From Podospora anserina (lineage: Eukaryota), in NCBI GenBank assembly GCA_017654855.1, contig CM030333.1, positions 1,302,001 to 1,366,000 of the forward strand: 64,000 nucleotides of DNA, read 5' to 3'. Positions 13,182 to 25,887 of this stretch are shown here, piece by piece. The position numbers were made by a program, and so were the translations under genes. The notes beneath the pieces are model-generated. The model was not told the DNA's origin. It saw nothing but the letters and a program-made list of their open reading frames with translations, and did not search any database. The number at the start of each line of letters is the position of its first letter. The first letter of the stretch is position 1.

Positions 13182-14339
13182 CTAAGGGAGGGATGGGTCA
13201 ACCAGGTTGGAGACTGAAAGTCTGTTGACTCTTTCCTCAACTCTGCTGACGGCGCTCAGTCCGGGGTCGCTCAGCTTGAAAGTGGAAGCCGGGGCGTTGG
13301 GAGAGCTTGGGGCAGTAAGAGGGTGGTGGTGCTGGCGGCCGGTGGAGTAGTCATTGGTCTGGGGAGCAGGAGCGCCATAGGCAAGAGGCTGCCTGGGGTA
13401 GTCGCTGCGGGGGAAGACGGGAGACATGTTGAGTCTGAAGTCTGGGGAGTGGATTGGGTGAGCGGCGTCGGTGAGAGATGGCAGCTTGTTGCTGTTGTTG
13501 CTGTTGTCCGCGGCAGAGGCAGAGGTCTGGTAAGAGTACACTCCATCCTCGGGGGCTGTCTTGAGAGGAGCAAGCATGGTACTCTCGGGCCTCGAGTCGT
13601 AGTAGCGCTGCGGTGGGGATGGCGCCTGGGGTGAGGCTCCGTAGTGGGATCCGTTGTCCGACATCAGAGAGGGGGCCGCCTCCGAGTCGGGAGAGTAGAC
13701 GGGGGAAGGGATGGGAGTCTCGAGCCCGTACTGGGCATCGTGCATGGAGGATGGGTGAAGAGGCGGCACCGGAGGTAGAGGTCTCTGGGAAGCCATGCCG
13801 TGGGCCTGGCGAAGGGGAAGGGGCCGCGAAGGGAGGGGGGCCATGGGCGACATGAGCGGAGATACCTCGCGGCCGTGATACTGGAGCGAGGTGGTGGTCA
13901 TTGTGGCCTTGCGCTTGTCCTGTCTCTTTCTGCGGTTCTGGCTCCCGTTCCACCAGTTCTTTACAGCGTTGTCGCTGCGGCCGTGGAGACGTCTGGCAAT
14001 GTCGGCCCACCGCTTGCCAATTTGCTGGACCATGGTCTCAATGATGACGCCTTCCTCGGGCGTGATGGGGTCGTGGTTGAGAGTAGGCTTCAAGTTCTGG
14101 TGATATCTTTCGCGGCACTGCTTTGGTGTTCTGGAGCCGAGGGCATTGGAGATGCGTACCCAGTTCAAGGGGCCCTGGTGCTGGACCAAAGACATGAGGT
14201 AGGCGTCCTCATGGGCAGACCAAGGGCCTCTTCTGTGGTTGTTAGATGGGGCAGTCATGATGTGGTTGTTGGTGTAGTGAGACAGAGCAGCCGAAGCACA
14301 AGGGTGAGCGGTGCTATTGTCGGGGTGGTAGTAAAGCAT
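13182..14339 (-). CDS. flbD: R2R3 Myb transcription factor, FlbD/RCA-1 ortholog (alternative ATG at 14258)
   Basis: HRRGPWSAHED...GPLNWVRIS...RTPKQCRERYHQNLKPTL...GKRWADIARRLHGRSDNAVKNWWNG matches the two Myb repeats of Aspergillus FlbD as recalled. Pro/Ser-rich C-terminus, intronless. Confidence 0.88.
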   Translation of the reverse strand: MLYYHPDNSTAHPCASAALSHYTNNHIMTAPSNNHRRGPWSAHEDAYLMSLVQHQGPLNWVRISNALGSRTPKQCRERYHQNLKPTLNHDPITPEEGVIIETMVQQIGKRWADIARRLHGRSDNAVKNWWNGSQNRRKRQDKRKATMTTTSLQYHGREVSPLMSPMAPLPSRPLPLRQAHGMASQRPLPPVPPLHPSSMHDAQYGLETPIPSPVYSPDSEAAPSLMSDNGSHYGASPQAPSPPQRYYDSRPESTMLAPLKTAPEDGVYSYQTSASAADNSNNSNKLPSLTDAAHPIHSPDFRLNMSPVFPRSDYPRQPLAYGAPAPQTNDYSTGRQHHHPLTAPSSPNAPASTFKLSDPGLSAVSRVEERVNRLSVSNLVDPSLP

Positions 14340-17300
14340 GTAGAAGTCTGGAGAGTGGAGTTTGATGGGTGGTGATGTTGGTGGTGATGTTGATGATGAA
14401 GTTGTCTGATGGTGGATGAAGCTGTACAATGGTTCGACGAGGAAGGAGGAGGAGGAGGAGGTCTGATAAGTATCATTCCCAGAGTGTGAGCACAGAGACC
14501 CAAGAGGGAACAACAAGCGAACTGGCAAGCAGGCCACGGCTTGGCTCTGGATGGTACTTGGGACCGGGTCTGTCACTTGTGGGGACACTTGTGGGTGCTG
14601 CTAAACCAGGTGGAGGAGGGAACTTCGGTGCAGGGACATGGGTACCACCAGCAAGCCTCAAGAAACGGGGGCAGGGGCAGTTGGGGGGGGAGCCGTCCAC
14701 AAACAGGCCCCCGTCTCCTGCACCCCTGTTCCCGGGCCCAGCTCTGGGCGGGCTGCTTGCTGCTGGAGCAGAGCAGAGCAGCAAAAACAGGACAGCGCTC
14801 ATCAGCGCCAGCACACGACACGACGAAACGATGAAACGACTCCATCTGTAAGGTACCTGCCTACACTTGTCGTCTTCCCGCTTGAGCTACGACAGAGCCT
14901 GGCGCCACAACAAGGTTGAGAAATATCCGTACCCGTTCATCAGTGACGTGTGGAATCTCCAACGTCCCTCATTTGATGTCAATGGGGGTGTGGCGCCGCC
15001 TGCCTCGTTGAGCTGTCGACGGCGTGTATACTCTAAAACCTTCACAGTGCTGGCGAGAGCTGTGGAGGAAAGACAGGTAACTCGGGGGGTGGGGGTGAGG
15101 CCAGATGTACTTTCCAGAGGTACCTCCTGGCCGTCCCGAATTGAGTTCGGTACGTCCGAGTTTCCAGATATTCTGGCGGTTGGCTAGCCGCAAATGGCAG
15201 CGGCAAGGGTATCGGAGAGTTTAATTGATGCGGTTTTGATGTGGCTTGAGAGGTACGTACCTCCACCATCGCCATCGCGCCTTCGACGCCGACATGGACA
15301 GCAGCATCGGCAGTGACTCCAGCAAGAAAAGAAGGTTCAGGGGATTCCGCAAGTGTGCAGTGTGCAGTGTCAGGCGAGCAATTTTGCCTGGAGCACCATG
15401 TGCTGCAGTGCAGTCCCCGTCGCCGTCGATTTTGATGCGTTGGATGCGGTGATGGAAAAGACAGCATAACGGTATAGATGATTCTTGTATTGCGGCGTCG
15501 CAGCCGTGGGATTATTATTGGGATCCCGGTCTCTTAACCGTACCTTATTATTACCGTATTACTGGACGCTGTGTACGCTGTGTATCGTCCGTCACCGCGG
15601 GGAGCAAGGATGGCACAGGGATCTCATCTCAGCTGCCCCGTGCCGGCCTTGTCTGCTTTGATGATCGCTGGCAGGGGCCTGTTCGCAACCAACACCACCA
15701 CTTCACTCACACATCAATCACATCACACACTTTTTTGCATCACGGACCACCTCTTGTCACTCTCACTCTCACTCTCACTCTCACCCACACTCACACCTCA
15801 CCGTCGATGAGAATCCTCCGATCCACAGATGATGACTGCCCCCTCTGCCCCTCCTAGTGGATATGGATCCAGACTCCTTATACTCAAAGCTTGCCGAGTA
15901 GTCGTGTTGCAAAGTGCGCCGATTTGCCTTCCCCTCTGGCTGATAGCTCTGAGTGGTTTTTGTTAGGACGGCGCCGTCCCCTTGCTGGCAGCACATCATT
16001 TCACCTGACAAGTGAGAAGCTTCTTCCTCGAGGTCGATCTTCCTCAGCGGGCGCAACGCCGTTCGAAATGGTAACTAACGTCTGAATCAGGACCTGCACC
16101 TACCTGACTACAGGGAGACAATACATGACCCTAGGTCCAGTGGCTTGCAGGAAATGGCTTGTCCCATCTGTAGGGGATTTTCAAGTCTGTTGGGGGGTAG
16201 GTAGTGTAGAGGTTGCCGTCTTCGGCAATCCCCAAGATTTGCCAGTCCCGTTCCACCAAGCTGAACCCATCCACACCATTTTTCTCTTAAGACATATATT
16301 ATGGCCCGGGGGTTCTTGGAGCAGAGGGCTTCCAAAACCACTCTCGCGCGACGCAATACAGTATCATCGCGGCTCGCATTAGGTATCATGTAGCAGGGCC
16401 GCTATTGTGCAGTGTCGGTTGAGCCAATCCGCCCCTCCTTTTTGATGATCCTCGTGGAGTCGGCATGGGATGAACTCGCATACGGCCGTCCCGTTTCTGG
16501 TTCTTTCTTGGGGGGTCCCTCGTTCCAGAAGGAACGAAAAAGGCCTCAAGATGCAGACAGAGCACACCACACCTTTCACAGGCGCGCGCATCCAGTACCG
16601 GACCGCATTCTTGCAGTGTACGAGACCTAGAAGTTGGTGTAGCCACACAGGGCTGACACTCGATCCGGAGATGGCGGGCGCCTCCACGCGGGCATCTTCG
16701 GGGGGTAGGCTCTGGAAGGCGGCGAGAACCATCAGCAGCCGGGGGATGGCATGGCAAGATCGTGATGTTCTTTTGCCCCCCCTGGTTTCCATATCTGGAC
16801 AGAGAGCCCCATGATGCTCGTAAATCTCTCCACCGCAATAACCAGTTCAGATTGTTGTTCCTGCAGAGAGAACCCAATCAGTGCTGATACGTGTCATTCC
16901 TCAACGGCTGAGATGGCGGTGACAACGTGATCAAACACTCGAGACAGCGAAAAAGAAACAACTGTCGAGCAAATGGGATTGCTGGGTAGCATCCCTCGTC
17001 AGCCCATGACGGCCTCGTCCCAAGCTGCTGGGGCGCGCCAGTGGCTAGCTCCCATGATTAGCCAACCCGGTGAACCAGATCGTCGGACTCCTCAGGTGCG
17101 CAATAATTCCCGTTGGAATTATTTGAGGGCTGATATGATATAGGGCCAGCATGTAGCAAATATGGGCGAGGGGTCCTATCTGTTGTGAGCGCCAGTGGGT
17201 GGTATTCTTTTCGCTTACTGATTCAGAAAGACGCCCCTGAAGCTTGATATCCAAGGGAGGGGCTCTTCGCTAAAAAGGGGTGAAAACGGCAAGTCGGTCG

Positions 17301-20300
17301 CCAGTCGATGGTACTGTTGCTGTCAAATGGTAGCGGCCGAGATCTGGGGTTAAGCTTCAAATCCCAGCGAGCCGGTCTGTGCTGATCCTGAGCGGGTGGC
17401 TTTTCTTCAGCGACCCATCCACTTGGGTACCCGACCGGCTAAATGCATTGGAAGGGGGTAGGGGTGCATGGACTTTGCAACGGCGCTTAGTGTAGCTTTC
17501 TGCTCTATCCTCCAACGTAGCCTCGTAGCCTCTCGGCGCTGGTTTGAACCTCGTTCCTGACGTTACATCCAGCAATCAGACGGCAGCGACCGCGGCACTC
17601 TCCCGAGCAGTCTTCTTCTGACCCAGACGGGAAACCAGATCGCCGCGACTCCAGCCCACCCACCACATTCGAGCAGTCTTTGGGACCAGTACTGGAGGAG
17701 GGATGGCACGGACCGGCGATCGTCAGTTGCTCGAGATCTGCCCTGACAACCCACCCTCCGTTATCGAATCACCTCGCACAACATCAGGAGGAACGGCGAT
17801 GGCGGTGATATGATATGCAGATCCCGAGGGGAATGTCGATTATCTGCGCAAATAATAAGTTGTTGGTCTGGCAAGTCTCTGGAAGTATGTTTGGCAGAGC
17901 CTCTCTGGTTGTCCATGTTTCACCTTTCTGATTCGGATAAGCAGAGCGACGACACCTCGTTTATCACATACCGCAAGCGAACCGAACCCACTGGCAGTCC
18001 CCAATCCCGTACCACACCACACCACAAGGTGTCTTCCACACCGCTATAATTAAATCTTAGGGGTATAACGGCTGCCAGTTATAGCTCTGGGCGCGGGGGT
18101 TGTACATGGAATGATACTATTCACACACAACCCTCACACAAGCGACACCAGGCTATGTATGTACGATTATAGGAGAATATCATCCGTGCAGCACATTAGC
18201 ACCTTTCCCGCCAACCTGGGAACGAACCATGATGCGATGCGAGGACACCCCGAAGGCCCGAACGACAAACTTCCGAAGATTTGCGCGCCGGTAGCACCAG
18301 AAAACCCTTTGAACTGCAAACCAATATGCTGTGACGCTGTCACAGCTGCCGCTGCTGCTGCTGCCGTCGTCTTCATAGGCAAGTAACAGCCTCTGATGAT
18401 CTGATCTGATATCAGTACAGTACTGTACTGTCTGTAAAACCCAACCGTTCGGGTAGGCGTGCGGGTGAAACGGACCCGAAGCAACTTCCCGCATGTTTGA
18501 ACGTCTCCGCTTCGTCAAGCTCTCGCTGCAACTACAAAGTTCCTCCTCGCGACGTCAGAATAGACAGCGCAGCAATCCGCCAAGATTGGACAGATCGTCC
18601 TTGCAAATCTCTCGGGTGGTCAGCTGGGTGGTTCAACGGGGGCCCTTGCTACCGTGGTATCGTATCTCTGTCTCCCTCAGACACAGACACACACACGATG
18701 CAAAAACCGCCAAGCACGCCAAGACACCTATCCCTGCCCCCTCTTCTCGTTTGGTATCCACCGATGTTGCGATACTCCAGACACAGACCTTGGTTTCGTA
18801 TACCAACGAGGCTCCCAGATCGTGGGGAGAGGGGTCAAATATCTTGGACCTCTGTACGAGCGGTGGACTTGTCATTTTTCCTTGTTGCTGGCTTGCATGA
18901 TCTTCCCGTGCGTAGTGTAGCAACCTCGCAATTACTCGCTATCTTATTCGCCAGCAAGGTGGAATACAGTCATCTCACACACACTGAGCGATGTTCCCAA
19001 GAGCCTTTTTCTTTCCACCTTGATACCACAAGCAGCAGGGAAAATAATACCCTTGTCTTGCGGTATCCGCGCTCCCGAGGGGTCTTTTTATTTCACAACG
19101 GCATGCAAGCAGCCGGTATTGCTTACAGAGATCCAGCCGGTAGCCCCACCGCCGTCACCATCACCGTTCAGATGATATGTAGATACGTACCCCATCCTTC
19201 ACCCTCTCTTCACCAGCCACACCCGCCACACGCCCCATCCCCTCGGGCTCCTAGCCGCCTCCAGCTGGAAGATAAGGCTCACCTCCCCGTTGGCTGGAGG
19301 GGAAAGAAGAGGAGGGTCAACCGACGAACCGGGCCCCCGGATGTCTGGCAGCGCCTCGAAATCCGAATGCCCACCTCCTCCTCATGATCATCCCCTCCCT
19401 CCCCCCGTAGCTGCAAGTCTGTCCCAGCGGCTCGGGCACCACCCTACTCCGCAATGTGGCTAAAGCCCGACTCGGCGACCTTTTATTTATTTTTTTCTTC
19501 AGGGGGGGGGAAGCAAGCGATCCGTCCTAGCGTTGACGCAAAAGAGTAACGCAAAAAACCGTTGTCACACAGCGTCGGGTCCAATCATGTCGGAGGGATC
19601 TTCAAGGTGGCGTTTCTCTTGTCTTTTGGTTGCCCAGGGGGCCCCTGGTGAGGGGGACTAACTGGTATTGGTAATTGCTAGCGAACGGTTCAGCTGAGGC
19701 TTTGCGACGCCATTTTGTAGGATGGACTTGCCGTTTTGGATGGGAGCATGGAGAGATGGATTGGTGATTGTTGTTGGGGGGGAGTGGATAGCTATGGATA
19801 TGGATATGAGGGGCGGGGGGGGGGGTTTGTTTTGTGGTATGTTTGAGGTTTGTGTGTCTTTTTGGGAGTATTTTGTTTGTGTTTGTTATATTTTCTTAGG
19901 TGGGTGAGAGAGAGGAGTGAAATGCTGATATGTTTCACCCCTTTTGGACGACACTGTAACTCCTCTTTCTCTTTTTCGTTCGACATCATCATCATCATCA
20001 CCACCCACCAGCACCACTTAAAACCTCTCCAGAGTTCTATGCTTCAGCAAGCGTTGCGCGCGCAACATTGGGACGTCAAATCTCTCAATAATTCGGATAT
20101 CCTCCCGGCCGACGTTCCAAAACCCTATTATTCCCAGGTTAATAAACGGGACGGGATGTTTACCTACCTACCTATATGGTGCACTACTATTCATGTACGG
20201 AACATCCCCTCAGACAGTTATTCCCTTTCTACGGATGTAACACTGCACGTTGGATATGTATGTATTCTCGAAATAGTAGCGGGAAGAAAATAAGTGGACA

Positions 20301-23300
20301 AAATCCCCCTCCCCCCGACCCCAGGGTTCAATAGTACAAACCCCGGCACCAAGTTTCTCTCTTGTCCTTCCCGCTACCACCTGCATTTACAAGAGGTTGG
20401 TTGAGCCTCGGTATGTGGATATAGGTACCGTATGTACTGTAACTTATACCCCCAGCTATTTTATTCAACGTCATATTGAACGGCAAACACGGCTGGGGAT
20501 GACTAGCAGTAAAAATGTCCAGCCTGGAATGTGAAAATGCAAAGCAAGTTGAAATGCAGATTGGCAAAAATGCAACGGGAACAATGATTACCAGCCAGTC
20601 GATCGGGGGTTTGTCGAGCTGGACAGGGGTGTCAAACCCGCCGCCGCATCTACAAGCAGTGACGAAAGCGTTCACATCACCGATTCTGCTGTCCGTCTGT
20701 CTCTTCCTGCAAAGAATTTCTTCGTTTTACTGCCTTGTTGGGATGTGACAAAAAAAAAGTCTGAATCTGCCGAGTTGGGTTGGTCAGTTAAACCATGAAC
20801 TCGGGCATGCGGAACAGAGACTGAGATACCCACCTACCTTACCTATTCCAAGTCAACAACGGCTTCCCACCGTTTTCTTTTGTCTCTTCATGATGTATAT
20901 ACAACAACTCGGGGAAAGCCAAGGCATGATATGCCTGTCTTGACCCAGATAACCTCCCTTCTCTTGTCTCGATCCTTTTCAAACGCCCGCCGTTGGGGAA
21001 AGAAAAGCAAGTGAGACAGGAAAGAACTGGTAGTCTCCTTCCTATTGGTAGCTGCTCCTATTATTCACCGACAAACACACAACACCTGGGTACATCCCCG
21101 CTTCGAGAACCCAAAAAAAACAAGCTCCGAGACATTTTTTTCTCTCTGTGTGTGTGTGTTGTGTTCCAAAGTGGCTTGAGAGGTCAACGGTCGTCGGTAA
21201 AAGAGACACCGAGGAGAAGGACAGGAAAAAAGCCAAAAGTCTCACGAAGAGGATCTCGCTTGTTGTATTCTGTACCACATGTGGGTGGTGGTGAGACAAA
21301 AAAAAACGGTGGTGGGCTTTTCGGTTTTCTGAGGCTCGCAAAAAAGCTAAAGCCCGAAGCCGGGGGAGACCTGTTGAGGAAATACCCCCCCATGGCCAGG
21401 CTACGGCTGAACTCGAGAGCTGTGGGTGGTAGTCCAATTCCAGCTGTCCCAAGTTCTCAGCTGGACGGACTGTTACAATACTTGTATTCCCTCTGTCATT
21501 CTCCTCGGAAAACGATGAAAAAACTGCCCGTGTTCTTTCCCAAACAAGATCATGTGTGTTGACGAAAAAGCAGGATTTGTTCTCTTCTAGCCCAGCAAAC
21601 CGGCAGGGCTGTCACCTATTTTGGACATCCTCTCCTCTGACGTGGCTCCCGCAACCACCATATCTTAATCTATTCCAGCGGCAGCGCTTCGCTTTCGTGT
21701 TTGATCCCCTGCCGGGCGGGCTACTGGTCACCGGGAACGGTCAACAAGACCTGAAAGGACATCGATTTCCTAACCACCCACCTCTTCCTCCCCCCCAAAA
21801 CCCCTTTCCGAGAAGAGGGGTGCCGGATCCCAAAGCGGGACATCATCCTGCTTCCTGCATGCTCTCTTCCTGCCTCATTTGATGAAATAAATAATGGGGT
21901 CTTATTTGGAGATATTATCTTGGCCTGCTTCCCCTGAGGCCAGGCTGGGCCGCAGCTGGAGCTTGATGGCGGAATATCGTCTATCAAGTGCACTTTTGCC
22001 ACCCACACTCGCATCTGGTGAAGCTCGCGTAGGCAGGTTAGGTCTGGGAGTGAGACAGTTGACGACAATGAGCATTGTTTGAATGCAAGAGTGAGCATAT
22101 CCGGAATGTTAGGCGTCATCGACACCCGCGGTCTGAGATTCAAGTACGTACCGTGCTCTCGGAACCGTTATGAGACACATAAAGCTTGAGTAGATGTTGA
22201 GCGGGTGACCGGTCTATTGATAGGCAGACACAAAATTCCGAGAAGCGATAGGATGATGGGATATCGTGATCATGTATACGGCGAAGTAAGGGATAGAAGG
22301 GCATCCATAGTCGCCAGCAGCATGTCATGGCCGGTACTGCAGCCGAGAAAAGGTGGAATGGCCGGCGATACGCTTCCAGCTTTCATTGACAAATCATCCT
22401 GACTGCATCTAAGAGTATGCAGGTTGTGGGCTCGGTTAGCGAGCACGACAAGCAAACAGTTCTCGTTTTCTCTTCGCCCAGGTTACTCACCTCTTGTCCT
22501 TCATCGACCCAGTAAAGTCCGCATATTAGACCCAGAGACAGAAAGAACGCCGTGGCGTCTCGATCGACCCAGGCCATTCCAGTCCCAGCTGTAGAATAAC
22601 GGCGTAAAACGGTCAGCTAGCCCCCAGTCCCCCCTTTCGCGCCCGCTGGCCTCGTTCTGGACCTCGACTACCACCTGAATTGCCGGACAGGCCGGGCTTC
22701 CGGGGAAGTAGGGAGGAGGTTCTTGTCCAACACACCATCCGCAAAGGCCGACACTGCAACGGTTGAGTCCGGCAAGCAAAAACAAACTGGAACTTGGGAA
22801 CTTTTGATTCAGAATATGCCAGAGGATTGAGTATGTACTACACATCCATTCTGACAATTCTCGTCAACCCGAGTGGCCGGATCGACGAAGAGGAGGAGTC
22901 GACGAGCCTGTTTCCCCTCTGGGCTTTCTAGTCTCGGTTGGACATTCCTTATCTGATCAGTCTTGCTGGGTAGTACTTCTCCTCGGGAAAAGGGGAGGTA
23001 AAGGCTATGTGTGAGTACAAAGCGATGCGTACCAGAGAATCCAGGTCGAAGGCGGTCTCAAGTGTCCAACACTCGGGGCCTATGCAAACAACACGTTCGA
23101 AGAGTGCTGATGCTGTCCTACTCCTGGGATGCTCACCTTCCTAGATGTACTCTGAGTTGTACATTGCCTTGGTGGCAATTTACTAGCCCTCAAACGTGAG
23201 GGACAAGACCGCTATTGGCCTACTGCTGGATGTTTGTTCGTCTCTTTCCTATTCCAGGCGGAGTTTATGTCCACGAATCAAGTGCAGAACACGAGGGGAT

Positions 23301-24463
23301 TCTGTCGCTGTCAGCAAGGAGCATGATAATCAGAAGTTGAAGATGTGTAAAGAGACGCAACATGAAGAAGGCGTGATTGTAGAATGCGGTAGCAACGAGG
23401 AAGCTTGCACCCGCGCACTTCTTCGCCCTTAATGGAAGTGAGAACCACTCCAATCTTTGTTCTACGACGACACCACATCAGCCCGCCACCATATCAAGAT
23501 TCACCACCTTGCAGTGAGTTGTGCCGTTGCGCCCGATGAGCCGCTGTCGTTTGTGCAGCAACGGCATGAGCACCGCGTTGGCACCAGCTGCCATGCGAAT
23601 ACTGAAGTCAAGATCTCCACTCAATCGCCGCGGTACTGAAGGACACTTGGGAGATAGTGTACACCGCCAGGCTTGGGATGAGAGAGACTGGAAGGTATCG
23701 GTATCACGCCAGGACAGAGAAATGACTCAAAATCCTACCCATAAGGCACCTCCTGCCGACTCTACGGACGGCAGATGATACCTGACATTCTTGTCTCTCG
23801 GATCATGACGCCGGTTCCGCGGTCTGAGCTTGAGAAAGGTGCAAGTATCCGAAGAAGCCTTGCTGTCGTTGCATGATATGGATACTAGGGACCAATTACA
23901 TGGCGCTGGCCGAATGGAAAACGACCTTTCAAAACGGTGGGATATCGCTATATTGGTGAGCAGTGATAAGGTAGTCTGGTGTAATCGCTTACAAACGCTG
24001 ATGGGGGAGTATTTATGGCGTTGTGCTGATGTTTAGTGGTCTGTAATAAGATGAATAGGGGTGAAGTTCACAAAAGTGGATTGGTTGGCTGTCGTTGCTC
24101 GAGCAAGTTTGGTTGCACTTTGCTGCTTCAGCTGTGTTGGGTAAATCGATTGTCGAGACTGTCCCAAAAGGGCAGTATGCCGAACGTCTTAATAGCTTCG
24201 TGGCAGCTGAGAATTGAGGACGGCGCGATTTTGTGGCCATGAGTTGGTGATGGGTTGAGTGTCGATTGCTGATGATCGTGGTAGATGAAGGGAAGGGAGG
24301 CCACTGATGGATGGGCCGGTGCTGATCGCGGCAAGGCTTCAGAGAACCTCGACAAACTGGAAGATTGCAAAAAAGAGAGCTGCGAGGTAGGATGTGAAAG
24401 CAAGACGAGAGGTACTTTTCGGAGATGTTGGGGTGTGCTGTGTCCAGGTTCCCGACCTCAATG

Positions 24464-25019
24464 TTACAGCCTGGAGACCCTACGGAGAGAGGTCAAGGAA
24501 AGGAAAGGCATCGACACGGGATCGCTCTTGCTTTCTTGCTCTGAAGCTACCTCACTCCTTCCAGCAAACTTCTCATTGCCTGGAAAGTGAGGCCTACAAC
24601 GCACCTTCCTGTGCATCCGCCTAGCTTCTCTCAAGTGACGGAAGGAGCGTTCATCAATGGATGAAAATGCCTTGGCACCTTCCGCTGAGGCAGCCTCGCT
24701 CCTTCCATGCTTGATGGCATCGCCGGCACACCTGGAAGTGAGGCCTTGGACCCACCTTCCCTCTTGAATGTTAGGGCCTTGGGATAATTTCAGATTTATA
24801 TCTTTAGAGAATCTCAGCACCTCATCTATCACTGTTGCCATTTAGTGTGCAATGCTCAACTGGACCAAATGACCCTGCATTCTTGCCAGGTCATGTAAAA
24901 AGAGATGTAACTGGGAGATGGTGGTCAAAACCATAGAGGTCCAGTCAGCTCGAGATTTGATGTCTGTCAAGACAAGGCGAAAAGAACAGACGCTGTCAAC
25001 GCTTATCCCTGAGAAAATC
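24464..25019 (-). pseudogene. Candidate decayed gene: ~185-codon frame with a single internal TAA (24842-24844)
   Basis: ...LTDIKSRADWTSMVLTTISQLHLFLHDLARMQGHLVQLSIAH*MATVIDEVLRFSKDINLKLSQ... reads as amphipathic helices. No family recognised. Confidence 0.3.
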
Positions 25020-25029
25020 AAACGCTGTG

Positions 25030-25100
25030 TGGCGGGCCAGGAGTCGAACCTGGGTCTTCGCTCTAACTCGGGAGTGTAATAACCGCTATACTACCACGCC
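25030..25100 (-). tRNA. tRNA-like Pol III element or tRNA pseudogene; isotype not assignable
   Basis: Minus strand GGCGTGG-TA-GTATAGCGGTTATTAC-A-CTCCCGAGTTAGAGCGA-AGAC-CCAGG-TTCGACT-CCTGG-CCCGCC-A. A-box, B-box (GGTTCGACTCC), perfect T-stem and D-stem are present. Acceptor stem has a bulged T and the anticodon arm does not pair. TTTT follows at 25014-25017. Confidence 0.7.
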
Positions 25101-25887
25101 ACGGAAACGCTTTTTGGAAATTGGAACCATATACTGGGGCTGGGTTGAGTCTTGCGAAGTGGGTTTTAGGTTCTGTTGGTGTGGAAAATGGGGCGTGGTG
25201 GCGTCGAGATATCCGGGTCATTGTAAACCTTAGATTGGTATGCTCCGAAGAGCCACTCAGCCGCCATGATCTTGAAGAATTTAAAGCAGTCTCTTCTTCA
25301 CTGACCACAAGACTAGAGAAGATGACGAATTAATGTAAAACTGAGCTCTGTGTGAGTGAGATATCTTCGTAGGGCATGGGGTAATGGCAGGATATCTCTG
25401 TGTTTCAACATCCGTCTGTCTTTCCTTCATGCTCGACATCTCACTGTCATGGACCGCGCTCTTGCTCTTTTTTCACAGTTAATTAGTTATTACTCTCGGT
25501 ATACTAGTTCTTCGACTCTATTTGCCTAATCATCTATCGTCAATCTACCTCTTTCCCTTTTGCAGAACTCCATTACTCCTGATCCCATAATCAGAAACCA
25601 TAACCTCACCCATCACTCCTGAATCATCACAACCACATAGTACACACTCAATACATCTTCATCCGGCCTCCACTCTCATACCATCTTCATCCGGCCTCCA
25701 ACCTCATCCAATCCTAACCCATTCCTCCAACATCATCCCATCTTTCACACCATACATAGCCCTCCCTCCCACCTCATAACCCCAAACATTTATTCACATA
25801 AGTCATAACCATCATCATAACACCCCCCAAAAAAAAAAACATTGCATCTTACTCACCACTTACCCCCATCCCAAACCCCTTCCCCTC

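Noticed and set aside
14340..14588. GTG-started N-terminal extension of FlbD
   Set aside because: Low-complexity C-rich leader that is naturally poor in stops; no targeting-like character.
22900..24400. Short protein-like ORF fragments (also 58731-59718)
   Set aside because: They could not be joined into a consistent frame or family; possibly decayed genes, but unsupported.
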